Position numbers and translations under genes: made by a program | The notes under the pieces: generated by a model | What the model saw: the letters and a program-made list of their open reading frames with translations, nothing else | Databases searched by the model: none | What the model was told of the DNA's origin: nothing | Source: a virus | IMG/VR virus record: IMGVR_UViG_3300042311_000577 | Location: 32,001-96,000 of that record | Reading direction: 5' to 3' (one strand) | DNA length: 64,000 nucleotides | Shown here: positions 11,001-20,179 of the stretch, one piece after another | Layout: each line of letters opens with the position of its first letter | Position numbering within the stretch: the first letter of the stretch is position 1

Positions 11001-14000
11001 TTACAGCATTTTGAAATAAATAACTTAAAATATCATTTCTAAATACTATAGGAAACTTTTCTCTATACATTTTACCAAATACAGTTTTTAAAGCTGCCGT
11101 ATTAGTAAAATCAGATAAATAATTTTGTATATAATCTTGTATGTCTTCATCATATCTAAACTTAAACAATGGTTTAGCTAAGCCTTTTACCATTTTTGTA
11201 TTAAAGAATGAACTAATGATAGAGTCATATAGCATTCCGGTTCTTAAATCCGGATCTATTTTTGTTTCTGCTGCTAATTCATCTATGTCAGATTCAGCTT
11301 GAATTACTTGACCTATATCAGTATCAAGAGCTGTATCTGGATTAGCTGCCATCTTAAGTCTGGTAATACCTTCAATTTGTTTTTCAATAGTAAGATAATG
11401 TAAGAACATTGTTCTAGATAGAGAGCTCATTGCTTTTTCAGGATTATCTTTACTATCCTTGATTAAGTTAAGCATTTCTTCTTCTGTAAAATGTCTATCA
11501 CCCCCTTCTCTCTCATTAGCATCAAAATAAATATTAAGCATTTTTTCACCAGCCGTATATCTAGATAAATCATCCGGAAGCATTTTATCAAAGTTTCTAG
11601 CTATAACATTTGTTGCTGCTTTGAAAGCTACACCAATGTCTTTTGCAGATTTTCTTAAAGGTTCAGCAAAAGTACTATTAATCAATCTTCTTTCTTTAAC
11701 ATACTGTCTTACAAGTGGTTGAGATACAAAATATATTGCTTCTTTTACAGGAACACCAGTCTTAAGTAAGTAAAGAAGTATAGGTGCAACTTCATAGTTA
11801 CCTTGAACAAAGAATACCCAAGCATCTTTTTCAACATCTACCCATCCATTCATTAATTGAGATATAATATCAGCTACTTTATTATTACCATCTACATCAT
11901 AAATGTTAGAAATAGATATAACATCTTCACCATTTTTAGTAGTTTTATGATGTCTTAATCCTAAGAATGATTTTCTAAATTCTTTTTCATTTGAATGCAT
12001 ATACACCGCTGGCATAACAGCACCCAATGAGTTAAAGATAACATTGAATGTATTTTCAATAGCTCCAAGTCCTAATGTTCTCTTACCAACTACATTTGAC
12101 TCATGTTTGTATAAGTTGTAGCCAGCCTCAAATATTCTTGTAGGACTAATAACTTCTTTTTGTTTACCATTTTTATCTGGAGCACTTAAATTTGGAGTAT
12201 CAGACATTATATTTTGTAAAGGATTATAATCCATTACATATTCAGCTAATTTATCTGCTATAGGTTTAACCAAGTAAGTACCATTAGGAGTAATAAGTGA
12301 AACAAAATTCTGTGGTAATTCAAGAATACTTCTAATATCATTAATAAGTTCATTCTCAAGACCTGCTTTTTGTGCAGCATATATCTCTTCTTTAGTCATA
12401 TCATACTTAGAAGGATCCTTTAATGCTTCATAAAAATCTTCAGATTTTTCAAACATTGATTTTTTGATATTACCCTCAGGATCAATACTTGTCATAAAGA
12501 TTGATAACTTATCAATATCAAAGTCAGCTCCGGACTTAGCAACAATTTCTGGTGGAGGAATAATAATATTACCAGCTTGTGGTGGAAGGAAGTGGTATAC
12601 TTCCATGAACTCCATAGAGTTAAGACCTTGTACTGGAATCCTAACACCGACCATTGTTATTGCCTTTCTATTACTAGCATCATTATCATTTAACCATTCA
12701 TCATCTTTTATAGCTTCATTTAGTCTATCCAAAGTAGAGATAGGTTCACCTTTATATTCTAGATTAAGCAAATTCTCATAATCTCCCTGAAGTGAAATAG
12801 CAACTTTCATTGCTGTTGTTTTACCATCAGCTCCTTTATGATATGTAGGTAAGAAGTTTGAACCCATGTACTTCTTGACAGCAGCATCTCTTGCTGCAGG
12901 ATTCATTTTATCAAGATCTAATTCTAAATTAATTAATCCATCATAGAATCCTGAAGACTTTTGCACTAAAGGTTCTCCTTTTACTTTTTGTTTAATGATT
13001 CTTTTATTAATAACTGATAATAAAAGTTTTTCAATTTTAGCAGCTTCAGGATGTAAAGACAAATCAAATCTTAATTCACCTTCTTCAGTTACATCAATAA
13101 TATCAATTAACTTATCACTATAAACATCATCTCTAGTGAGAGTGTCTCTGATCATTTTAGCTAATTTGGCAATACTATCTTTATCAACCGGAATGTATTC
13201 ACCAGCTTCATTAACTTTAAAACCAAGTTCATCCGTAAGTTCATTTTTAAGTAACTCAGTATATGCACTTACTCTATCTACATAATTATTAACAAGTGCT
13301 ATAACTTTAGGATCCTTAGATGTAATCTCACCATTTTCATATAACCCTTCTAAAATCATCTTTCTCATCTGAGTAGAGAATATTGATTTTTCTTTGTATT
13401 TTGAATTTACTTCAGTTTGGTTCTTTAAAAATTCCGCAAAGACTACATTCTTAGTAAATTCAACTGAAGTATCTATATTACCATTTTTATCAATAATCTC
13501 ATCACCGTTACCTATGTGTCCAACTTTTTCACCAGTTTCCATTAAAACATAATGTACATTTTGCTTAAGCATCATGTCATGTATCTGACCTAATTTAGTA
13601 TCAGCAGTATGTACTGTTGGGATTATTGGAGCTAATGAAAATTTATGAAAAGATACAACAGGAAGACCTTCTGTTTTTATATTACCATAGTACTGTAATT
13701 TATATGGTGGAAAGAATTGTTGAATATCTGATCCACTAATAATATCACCCTTTACAATTTTTCTATATAGATCTTCTTGTTGAGCTGACCAATTACCTTC
13801 TAAATTTTTAAGCATTCTATATGCTTCAAAGTTAATCCATCCTTGACCATCAGCAATTTTCATATTACTATAGTCTTTTAATACAGTTTCTGAAAGTTCT
13901 TTTGCTAATCTTGTAGCTTCTTTTTTAGATTTACCCGCTGCAATATATCTTTTTGTATAATCTTCAATTAAAGCTTCAGAATATTCCGGTTTATATTTTG

Positions 14001-17000
14001 ATTCTTTAATAACTTCTTCTTTAATAATAGCAGTATTTAAAGTACCATTGTAAGCTTCTAACTGATAACCTTGTTTAGCAGCATACATCTTTTCAAATAA
14101 AGGACTGTTTATATACATCCTTGCTCTTAAGTCAGCTCTAAAACTTCTACCTCCGGAACCTAAACCAGCATTTCTTTTATGGAACTCTTCTTTATCATGA
14201 TTATACTGTACTGTATCACCATATGCAAGAATAGTTGTTTCAAAGTTATGAATCCAAGAATTATATGTATAGGCTTTAACAAGCATCTTATCAATAAGAT
14301 CCTTACTTATTTGAGGATCTTTAACCATATCATAAAGACTTTGATCTACATATTTTGCATCTTCAAGTCTAGAATAATTTGCTTCTGATAAAGTATTAAA
14401 GTATCTAATAACATCAGCTTTTACTTTCTTTCTTAAATCAGGATTCTCATTTATAATTTCTTTTAAATTAAAGTCTTGAGTATTATAATATCCTGTATTT
14501 AAAGCTTCATTATTAACCTCCTCTATATTCTTATCTATTATATCATATAGTAAACCTTGAGTTTTTGGTGATAATACATCATCAAATGCAGTAAATGCTT
14601 CACCAGCCATCACAGTGTTACCTGTATCTTTCCTTACTACATCTCTGTTGTATGCAGTAAAGTTTTTAAAGTAATTAGGTGAAGATTTAAATCTGAAAAT
14701 TCTACCCGCTTCTGCAGCAATATAACCAAGAATGATATTAAAACTTTCAGTTTCTCCTTGATTATTATCAGCCACAGTATTTTTAGGACTAAAGGCCATT
14801 ACATCTACATAGAGATTACTTGATTTTTTACCTGCATATGTTTTAAGCTTTTTAGCTCTTATGTTCATTGCAGTTTGTTTAGAAGCATGTCTCATGAACT
14901 CTTGTACTCCAGACTGCAGCATTGTATGTAATTCTTGTAAAAACTTACTTGTTACATCAGTACTTGCTGTTGAAGTTCCAGTAGAATCATTTGTCTCTCT
15001 ATTTATAATTTGGGTACCGCCTATATTCTCTAGTAATAATTCTGCTCCTGGTAACTTTTCTCCATATGTTTCAGACATTTGATTTAAATCAAAGATTGAA
15101 TTTAATATCATAGAGAATGGAGATGCTGGATTATTTACTTCATTTAACCATTTCATATGCTGGAATCTACCATTTGGATCAGCACTATATGAGGTTAATT
15201 CTTGCCAGTTCTTAGCTTTCTTTATAGAGGTAACTACTCTTGTGATAGTGTTATCTACAAATTGTTCCCAAACTTTATTTTTCTCCGGTGTTAATACACT
15301 GAAGTTTGAATATCCATCAGAAAATCTGTTTTGTAATTCAGCTAATCTTGTTACTTTATTTTTTACATCTCTTGATTTATCACCAGCTGCTTTTTCAATT
15401 GCTGATGGAAGACCATTAAGTAAGTAATACATAGGGTCTTTCTTGAAATCATTTGCTGCAGCATTTAAAGATATATCATTTGACTTAGCTGATAAGTAAA
15501 CTAATCTAATATTGTTATATATGAAATCAATATTATATTTAGCAGCAAATGGTTTTTTCTTATCTCTAACAACAGCTCTAATTTCTGCACTTGTCATATC
15601 CATTTGAATACCTAAAGCAGCTAGAAAATCAACAGCTTTAGTTGGATCCAGTTGTTTATTTAATGAAAAATCATTTATAATTTTATCTACATCCAATATA
15701 TTAAATCCATACTTTTTATCTTTAACTATATATGGATTTGTTGCTGTGTCAGCAATATTAAAATTTGTAGTCCAATCATTTATAATCTTATATACATCAA
15801 AATTAGCAGCTGCCAATCTTGATTCAAATTTTGATTTTTCTGGTATTCTTTTACCGTCAACATACTTTTGTTTTTCTATTATAGTTTTGTTGATGTTTAA
15901 CTGTATGTAAGGTATGACAGGTTTTTTAAGATCTTGCCAGAAGTTTGTCTCAGACTGAAATTCTGTTTTATTATTATATGCACCAGGTCCCATAACATAT
16001 GGATTAGGAAGCATATTTAATATTTGTATAAATTCAGGATTATTTGGTATTCCTTGAGTTAGCCTATCATGCATGTCTTGATAGTCAAAAGAACCTTGTA
16101 AAGTTCTTGCAACTCTATTCCACATATCACTCATAGGCTCAAGAATTGGCAAACCAAACTCATCAGTATCATATACATAATTCTCAACACCATTGGCATC
16201 TTTCTCTAATAAGTAATCCTCATTATTTTTTCTTTTGAGTTTGAAAATACCAGACAACATCATAGTTGTATCATCTGTAGCTAACTGTTTGGCAGAAATA
16301 CTATTACCTTCTTTTGTTGAAAATAAAGTTGTTGTAGGATCTTCTGTTTCATCAACATAAGCATCTTTAAGGACACTAAATCTTGACCGTTTCATATGAA
16401 AAGCTACAACCCCTTTATCAGTTTTTTTACTTAATGCTTCACCTATCACACCGTAGTTCTGTACAATTTTAGTGAGCAAATTAAGTCTATCAAAATGTTT
16501 TTGTTCTAAGATATAATCTGGATCATTACTCAATACATTTTTTTGAGCAATTTCTCTAGTAACCTCATGTTGTTTTTCAAGTAAGGCTTTTACTTGTTTT
16601 TCAAGTGTTGTATATAACGATTGTCTGTTAGTAACATTACTCAATAACTTAACTGCACCACTCGTTGTATTATACCTAGTATTATATTGCTGAAATGTTC
16701 TAGCCATTAATACATCTAACAAATCAACAATTTTACTTGATTCACTATCTGTTATTTCATTATAACCAGCATAAGCATCATCTAATGGAGTTACTGTATT
16801 TTTTGCACTATTTAATCTTTCAAATCCAGGCATTAGATTATTTGCCGCATTCTCTGTGTCAATAGTAAAGTTACCGGTATGTAGCTTGTCATAATATTCT
16901 TTAACTAAAGGAATATCATATAGTCTAGTTATATCTCTGTTAGATGTTTTACCAAAGAAGAACTCAAGTATTTTTTTGAATTTATCATATACTCTTTGAA

Positions 17001-20000
17001 TAAAACCTTTTGCTTTTTTTCCATCTACAAGATACTCAATAAAACCTTCAGCTAATTCTTCCTCAACCTCTTTATAACTTAATGTTTCCCATTTAGGATA
17101 ATTACGTACTTCATCATAAAGCTTTGTTTTTTCTTCTCTGGTTAATACTAATTGAGAAAATGCATGCCATGATTCATGATACAATGTAATAGGTAATGCA
17201 TCTCCATATAATTCAATCTTAGCAAGAAAACCTTTTTTACGTGAAGGACTGATTACTTCTGATAATTTAGAAGCAGATGCTATAAATGTACCATAAGCAT
17301 CAGAGTTATAAATTAAAGATAATCTCTCTACAGAGACTTCATTCTTAAGTGGACTAGACTCCCACCACTTTAATACTTCATTCCATGATGCTTTATCACC
17401 ATATATCTGAGTCATTAAAGCAGTTTGTCTTTTATTTCTATCCAGAGTTACATCTGGAAAATCCATACTTAGATCAAGACCATCAAGTAGATTATCAATA
17501 TTCATTTTATTGATCTTAGCATCTACTACTTTTATTTCTTCTTTTGTTAACTTAGGTTTTACTACTTTAGCAATCTTTGTAGAGGTATCAACCGGTTTCT
17601 CAACCTTAGTTGTTTTTCTTTTAAACTCAGCTGACTTTTTATTATAAAATCTACTTAAGAATTTTGATTTAGTATTGGGTGAATTCTGATATCCTTTAGT
17701 TAAATAAGGAGCAGAAGTTTTTAATGCATAGTCTTTAAATGCAATTATGTCTACAGGAATACCTAGTTTTTTTGCAGCTTTGATTGACGCTTCAGCTATA
17801 CCAGTTTGACCATTACTAATGATTTTACTAATTGGGTATTTTTCTGAAACTTTACTTAATATGTTATAGATATATTTATCTACATCTTCTTGAGTATATC
17901 CTTTTTTATATAAGGCTGCAATATCATTACCTACAACATTTATTATGTTTCCACGGATTGCAGAAAGATTTTTTACAATTAAATCAATAGCCTCATCTGA
18001 AGGATTAAATCCTTTAGGTGCATCTTTCTTAGAACCAAGAATTACACTATGCCATTTTTTTTCTTTACTTGCTCTTTGTTGGATTATTTTTTCATCACCC
18101 ATTGTAAAGTCTGTACCTAGACCTAAAACAATATCAGCTTTATTCATATTTGAAACAAGCACTTTTCCATTAGGCAACTTACTTGCAAAAGCTGAAAGTT
18201 TAAATCCTTTTTCTTCTTCTTCTCCTTCTTCAGTTTCTTTTGCTTTTTTGATTGGTTTAGCATCAACTTCATCTAAGACTAAAGAATCATCATAAGGCAT
18301 TCCTAATTCAATAAAATCATCAGCTTGTGTAGTAAAATCATAAGGTACTGCAAATTGAAGATATGAATTCAAACCTGCAAAATAATTCATGTTAGGTTTT
18401 GAATAATCAACTTTCATATATGGTTTAATGAAATCAAAATAATCTTTCTCAACTTTTCTAATGATAGGATTACCAGATCTATTAGTTGTAAACTCATAAT
18501 CAGTAAAAGTTACTCCTTTTTGTATGGCTCCATCAACAGCAAACTTTCTCATGTAACTCATACTAGCAGGATACTGAGCTGTTATATTTCCTTGAGAATC
18601 AGTAAATTCTTTTACTTTCATCAAATGATTAAATATTTTATTCTCAGCATCTTCTGATTCTAAATCTATAGATTCAGATTGTTTTGTTTTTCTATCATAT
18701 AATGATACAGAAAGTTTATTCTGATTTAAAACTTGTATTAACTCAACAGTAATACCATTACCAGAAGTCTGATTAGATAAGAATGTTTCATAGTACTCTA
18801 ATTTTGCTTGAGGGCTCAAAGGCTCACCATCTGATAATAAATCAGTAGTTAGAATTTTTGCAATGTTTCTAGCAATTTTTTCATCTATGTCCATTCTTTG
18901 TAAATAGATTTTATTATCTATTGCTACTCCTGAACTAATTTTACTTGTCATAAAATAACTTACACCCTCCATACCAGTATCATGGATATAAATCATTTCT
19001 ACATCATCTTTAAAGTCAGTATTTGAAAGTAGTTCGGATTTTTTTTCTACAATACCATAACTACCACCAACAATAGGTAATAAAACATATGCATCTTTTT
19101 CAAGTTCTAAAGCTTCATTTAGTCTTTGAAGATCATTCATGTTTTGTGTCTGCATGTTTTTATAATCTGCATATGCAGCATCTCTTTCTTCTTGACTATA
19201 TATTTTACCGTTATCTAAAGCATTTTTAATATCTTGCTTAACTAAGTCTTGTGGAGAAATCAAACTATATAGATAGCCTGCTCTATTTCCTAGATAAAGT
19301 TTACTATTATAATTTACTACAGGTCTTATATATTGATAAACAATTCTTCCACCGGTTTCAGTTACATTACCAGCATCATCAAATCTTATAGGATTACCAG
19401 CTCTATCTGAAATAATACCAACATTTATATTGTAGGTTTTATTCTTTGTTAAGAATGTAGTATCATATTCTGTTAGATCTTCTTTGTCTAAACTTCTGAT
19501 AGACTGAGCTTTAAGCATTATAGGAGTATCTCCTAACATTACTTTATCTGTCTCAGTTTTATTTCTAGAAAGCCATATAACATTCTTAATGACTTTGTCA
19601 AACAAGACTTTCTCATTGTCAATCTCATTTCTTTCTTGTTCAGTCATTGTCTCTGGATTCTTTGCAACTGCAATTTGACCAGAGAGTTTTAATGGATTAT
19701 CTACTTTAGCTTTTTCCTGTACTGATGACCAAGGTACTATATCACCATTATCATTTTTTTGAGGAATTGCTTTAGATTCTCTATTACTTTGTTTGATTTT
19801 AGAATCAATTTGTTTTTTATTAGTTTTAATTCTTTTGGGTTGAACAAATTCTAATACCTTGTCAATATTATCCCATTCAACAGATAAATCATATACAGGA
19901 TCAAACTTAAAATCTACTGCTTTACTTTTTAAATAAGTTCTGACTTCTGGATCCTTAGCAACCTCTATTAAGATATCCGGAACAGCTTGCGCATACAGTA

Positions 20001-20169
20001 AACCATTTGGCTCATCTTTAAATTCTTTATATACTTCTTTTATGAATTTATTAAATTCAATATTATTAAATGGAGCAAGATCTGGATTATCCATCCGATC
20101 TTTTATTTCTCCATAGACAATACTATATAATGCTACTAAATCATTTTCAGCATACAGTTGACAGGCCAT
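8083..20169 (-). CDS. Virion-packaged single-chain DNA-dependent RNA polymerase (crAss-like, phi14:2 gp66 type) with accessory domains
   Basis: 4028 aa; catalytic GADFDIDK (DFDID at 12511-12525) preceded by RIPVQGLNSM; ADGQGWI; zincin HESWH at 17164-17178. Confidence 0.9.
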   Translation of the reverse strand: MACQLYAENDLVALYSIVYGEIKDRMDNPDLAPFNNIEFNKFIKEVYKEFKDEPNGLLYAQAVPDILIEVAKDPEVRTYLKSKAVDFKFDPVYDLSVEWDNIDKVLEFVQPKRIKTNKKQIDSKIKQSNRESKAIPQKNDNGDIVPWSSVQEKAKVDNPLKLSGQIAVAKNPETMTEQERNEIDNEKVLFDKVIKNVIWLSRNKTETDKVMLGDTPIMLKAQSIRSLDKEDLTEYDTTFLTKNKTYNINVGIISDRAGNPIRFDDAGNVTETGGRIVYQYIRPVVNYNSKLYLGNRAGYLYSLISPQDLVKQDIKNALDNGKIYSQEERDAAYADYKNMQTQNMNDLQRLNEALELEKDAYVLLPIVGGSYGIVEKKSELLSNTDFKDDVEMIYIHDTGMEGVSYFMTSKISSGVAIDNKIYLQRMDIDEKIARNIAKILTTDLLSDGEPLSPQAKLEYYETFLSNQTSGNGITVELIQVLNQNKLSVSLYDRKTKQSESIDLESEDAENKIFNHLMKVKEFTDSQGNITAQYPASMSYMRKFAVDGAIQKGVTFTDYEFTTNRSGNPIIRKVEKDYFDFIKPYMKVDYSKPNMNYFAGLNSYLQFAVPYDFTTQADDFIELGMPYDDSLVLDEVDAKPIKKAKETEEGEEEEKGFKLSAFASKLPNGKVLVSNMNKADIVLGLGTDFTMGDEKIIQQRASKEKKWHSVILGSKKDAPKGFNPSDEAIDLIVKNLSAIRGNIINVVGNDIAALYKKGYTQEDVDKYIYNILSKVSEKYPISKIISNGQTGIAEASIKAAKKLGIPVDIIAFKDYALKTSAPYLTKGYQNSPNTKSKFLSRFYNKKSAEFKRKTTKVEKPVDTSTKIAKVVKPKLTKEEIKVVDAKINKMNIDNLLDGLDLSMDFPDVTLDRNKRQTALMTQIYGDKASWNEVLKWWESSPLKNEVSVERLSLIYNSDAYGTFIASASKLSEVISPSRKKGFLAKIELYGDALPITLYHESWHAFSQLVLTREEKTKLYDEVRNYPKWETLSYKEVEEELAEGFIEYLVDGKKAKGFIQRVYDKFKKILEFFFGKTSNRDITRLYDIPLVKEYYDKLHTGNFTIDTENAANNLMPGFERLNSAKNTVTPLDDAYAGYNEITDSESSKIVDLLDVLMARTFQQYNTRYNTTSGAVKLLSNVTNRQSLYTTLEKQVKALLEKQHEVTREIAQKNVLSNDPDYILEQKHFDRLNLLTKIVQNYGVIGEALSKKTDKGVVAFHMKRSRFSVLKDAYVDETEDPTTTLFSTKEGNSISAKQLATDDTTMMLSGIFKLKRKNNEDYLLEKDANGVENYVYDTDEFGLPILEPMSDMWNRVARTLQGSFDYQDMHDRLTQGIPNNPEFIQILNMLPNPYVMGPGAYNNKTEFQSETNFWQDLKKPVIPYIQLNINKTIIEKQKYVDGKRIPEKSKFESRLAAANFDVYKIINDWTTNFNIADTATNPYIVKDKKYGFNILDVDKIINDFSLNKQLDPTKAVDFLAALGIQMDMTSAEIRAVVRDKKKPFAAKYNIDFIYNNIRLVYLSAKSNDISLNAAANDFKKDPMYYLLNGLPSAIEKAAGDKSRDVKNKVTRLAELQNRFSDGYSNFSVLTPEKNKVWEQFVDNTITRVVTSIKKAKNWQELTSYSADPNGRFQHMKWLNEVNNPASPFSMILNSIFDLNQMSETYGEKLPGAELLLENIGGTQIINRETNDSTGTSTASTDVTSKFLQELHTMLQSGVQEFMRHASKQTAMNIRAKKLKTYAGKKSSNLYVDVMAFSPKNTVADNNQGETESFNIILGYIAAEAGRIFRFKSSPNYFKNFTAYNRDVVRKDTGNTVMAGEAFTAFDDVLSPKTQGLLYDIIDKNIEEVNNEALNTGYYNTQDFNLKEIINENPDLRKKVKADVIRYFNTLSEANYSRLEDAKYVDQSLYDMVKDPQISKDLIDKMLVKAYTYNSWIHNFETTILAYGDTVQYNHDKEEFHKRNAGLGSGGRSFRADLRARMYINSPLFEKMYAAKQGYQLEAYNGTLNTAIIKEEVIKESKYKPEYSEALIEDYTKRYIAAGKSKKEATRLAKELSETVLKDYSNMKIADGQGWINFEAYRMLKNLEGNWSAQQEDLYRKIVKGDIISGSDIQQFFPPYKLQYYGNIKTEGLPVVSFHKFSLAPIIPTVHTADTKLGQIHDMMLKQNVHYVLMETGEKVGHIGNGDEIIDKNGNIDTSVEFTKNVVFAEFLKNQTEVNSKYKEKSIFSTQMRKMILEGLYENGEITSKDPKVIALVNNYVDRVSAYTELLKNELTDELGFKVNEAGEYIPVDKDSIAKLAKMIRDTLTRDDVYSDKLIDIIDVTEEGELRFDLSLHPEAAKIEKLLLSVINKRIIKQKVKGEPLVQKSSGFYDGLINLELDLDKMNPAARDAAVKKYMGSNFLPTYHKGADGKTTAMKVAISLQGDYENLLNLEYKGEPISTLDRLNEAIKDDEWLNDNDASNRKAITMVGVRIPVQGLNSMEFMEVYHFLPPQAGNIIIPPPEIVAKSGADFDIDKLSIFMTSIDPEGNIKKSMFEKSEDFYEALKDPSKYDMTKEEIYAAQKAGLENELINDIRSILELPQNFVSLITPNGTYLVKPIADKLAEYVMDYNPLQNIMSDTPNLSAPDKNGKQKEVISPTRIFEAGYNLYKHESNVVGKRTLGLGAIENTFNVIFNSLGAVMPAVYMHSNEKEFRKSFLGLRHHKTTKNGEDVISISNIYDVDGNNKVADIISQLMNGWVDVEKDAWVFFVQGNYEVAPILLYLLKTGVPVKEAIYFVSQPLVRQYVKERRLINSTFAEPLRKSAKDIGVAFKAATNVIARNFDKMLPDDLSRYTAGEKMLNIYFDANEREGGDRHFTEEEMLNLIKDSKDNPEKAMSSLSRTMFLHYLTIEKQIEGITRLKMAANPDTALDTDIGQVIQAESDIDELAAETKIDPDLRTGMLYDSIISSFFNTKMVKGLAKPLFKFRYDEDIQDYIQNYLSDFTNTAALKTVFGKMYREKFPIVFRNDILSYLFQNAVRKYSLDKEYSSYNLKDSISVTPAAGLKFGAFVTEEKGVPTVVVDKVQIEKEFFDKAYLEGSEAQNSYESRGLFPLKPGHFGKNTPSNKEEYLRFVIEREYLRHVMPMAEIVKSQEFKKELINTKKTSVISDESKNRRYTYEKILTSRALDNTLNPYHLFYDNDQAYSIRLDRIKTMYKNDFVGDYPVLSRMIPDINNNKTMFNFYLDDKDMNSFKSNTYTQNLKDLGDRNVIKVKDKTENDRISDFFSNITYVAMMQSGTNKSKYNMINITDFDKFLEIMNQETAKFLTSPNKIQLLVDFKNKFEKTNSQANRDRYRFKNYLTGLNVDKSLNSNEVLPLPPTESDETGDQLEEPMFQLKDARNASKAIKELDDYLLKFVKQFGVQSKEFETLKDKLGVDALGATDVLNKLIWYTKDRNAETIPEEVGHMLVMLMGPNHKAIKQLSRNITTWDEYDSVYAEYMPLYKNEEQVKIEAMGKLISKSLVSNYEAAGLDKSLIKTLIKAIEDLILKMFKNFALFQTMNYNARIADHIALNVLAGNTEYIADITEKRPKLNYDEAIKNNPLAKKIIDTFAKDLKFPLVGSLAIAGQGEVIYRPSEEPIHDLDFIVDGTNQQNLENLEEALNLLNAVPVHFGWSKTAYTTYAYYIPKPGYTVEVTARNKQGWALKGAVIVKDSKGNKVDITADTVIPVDFFTYENSKPNENIINIFSSWNDIYRGKSTLSPLDDKERWFRREKDQKDYINLNPINRSIKSDPAFIYYQLAEEQNELSKPASENLVERKNLISTINPKVFVYNDLSGTEKAYKYIVDNNPDVTFVYQFSLGQRQNFEKLTEKEFNSKKLTGQVQLKKLANSASIGIITGQNNIDDAFSKTDPKYYKALQNEIEKAIAEINQVIQDGGNVAFSINGYGDPSLMPQELFVYLSKRLFEEFQYLNPGSEFSKEVSSQVAKYQPITDAEILAKFEGENNPLNCI

Positions 20170-20179
20170 TTTTAATTAT

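Noticed and set aside
8083-20169. Inteins or self-splicing introns in the RNAP
   Set aside because: The ORF is continuous, and I saw no convincing intein termini or LAGLIDADG motifs; an HMM search would be needed to exclude them fully
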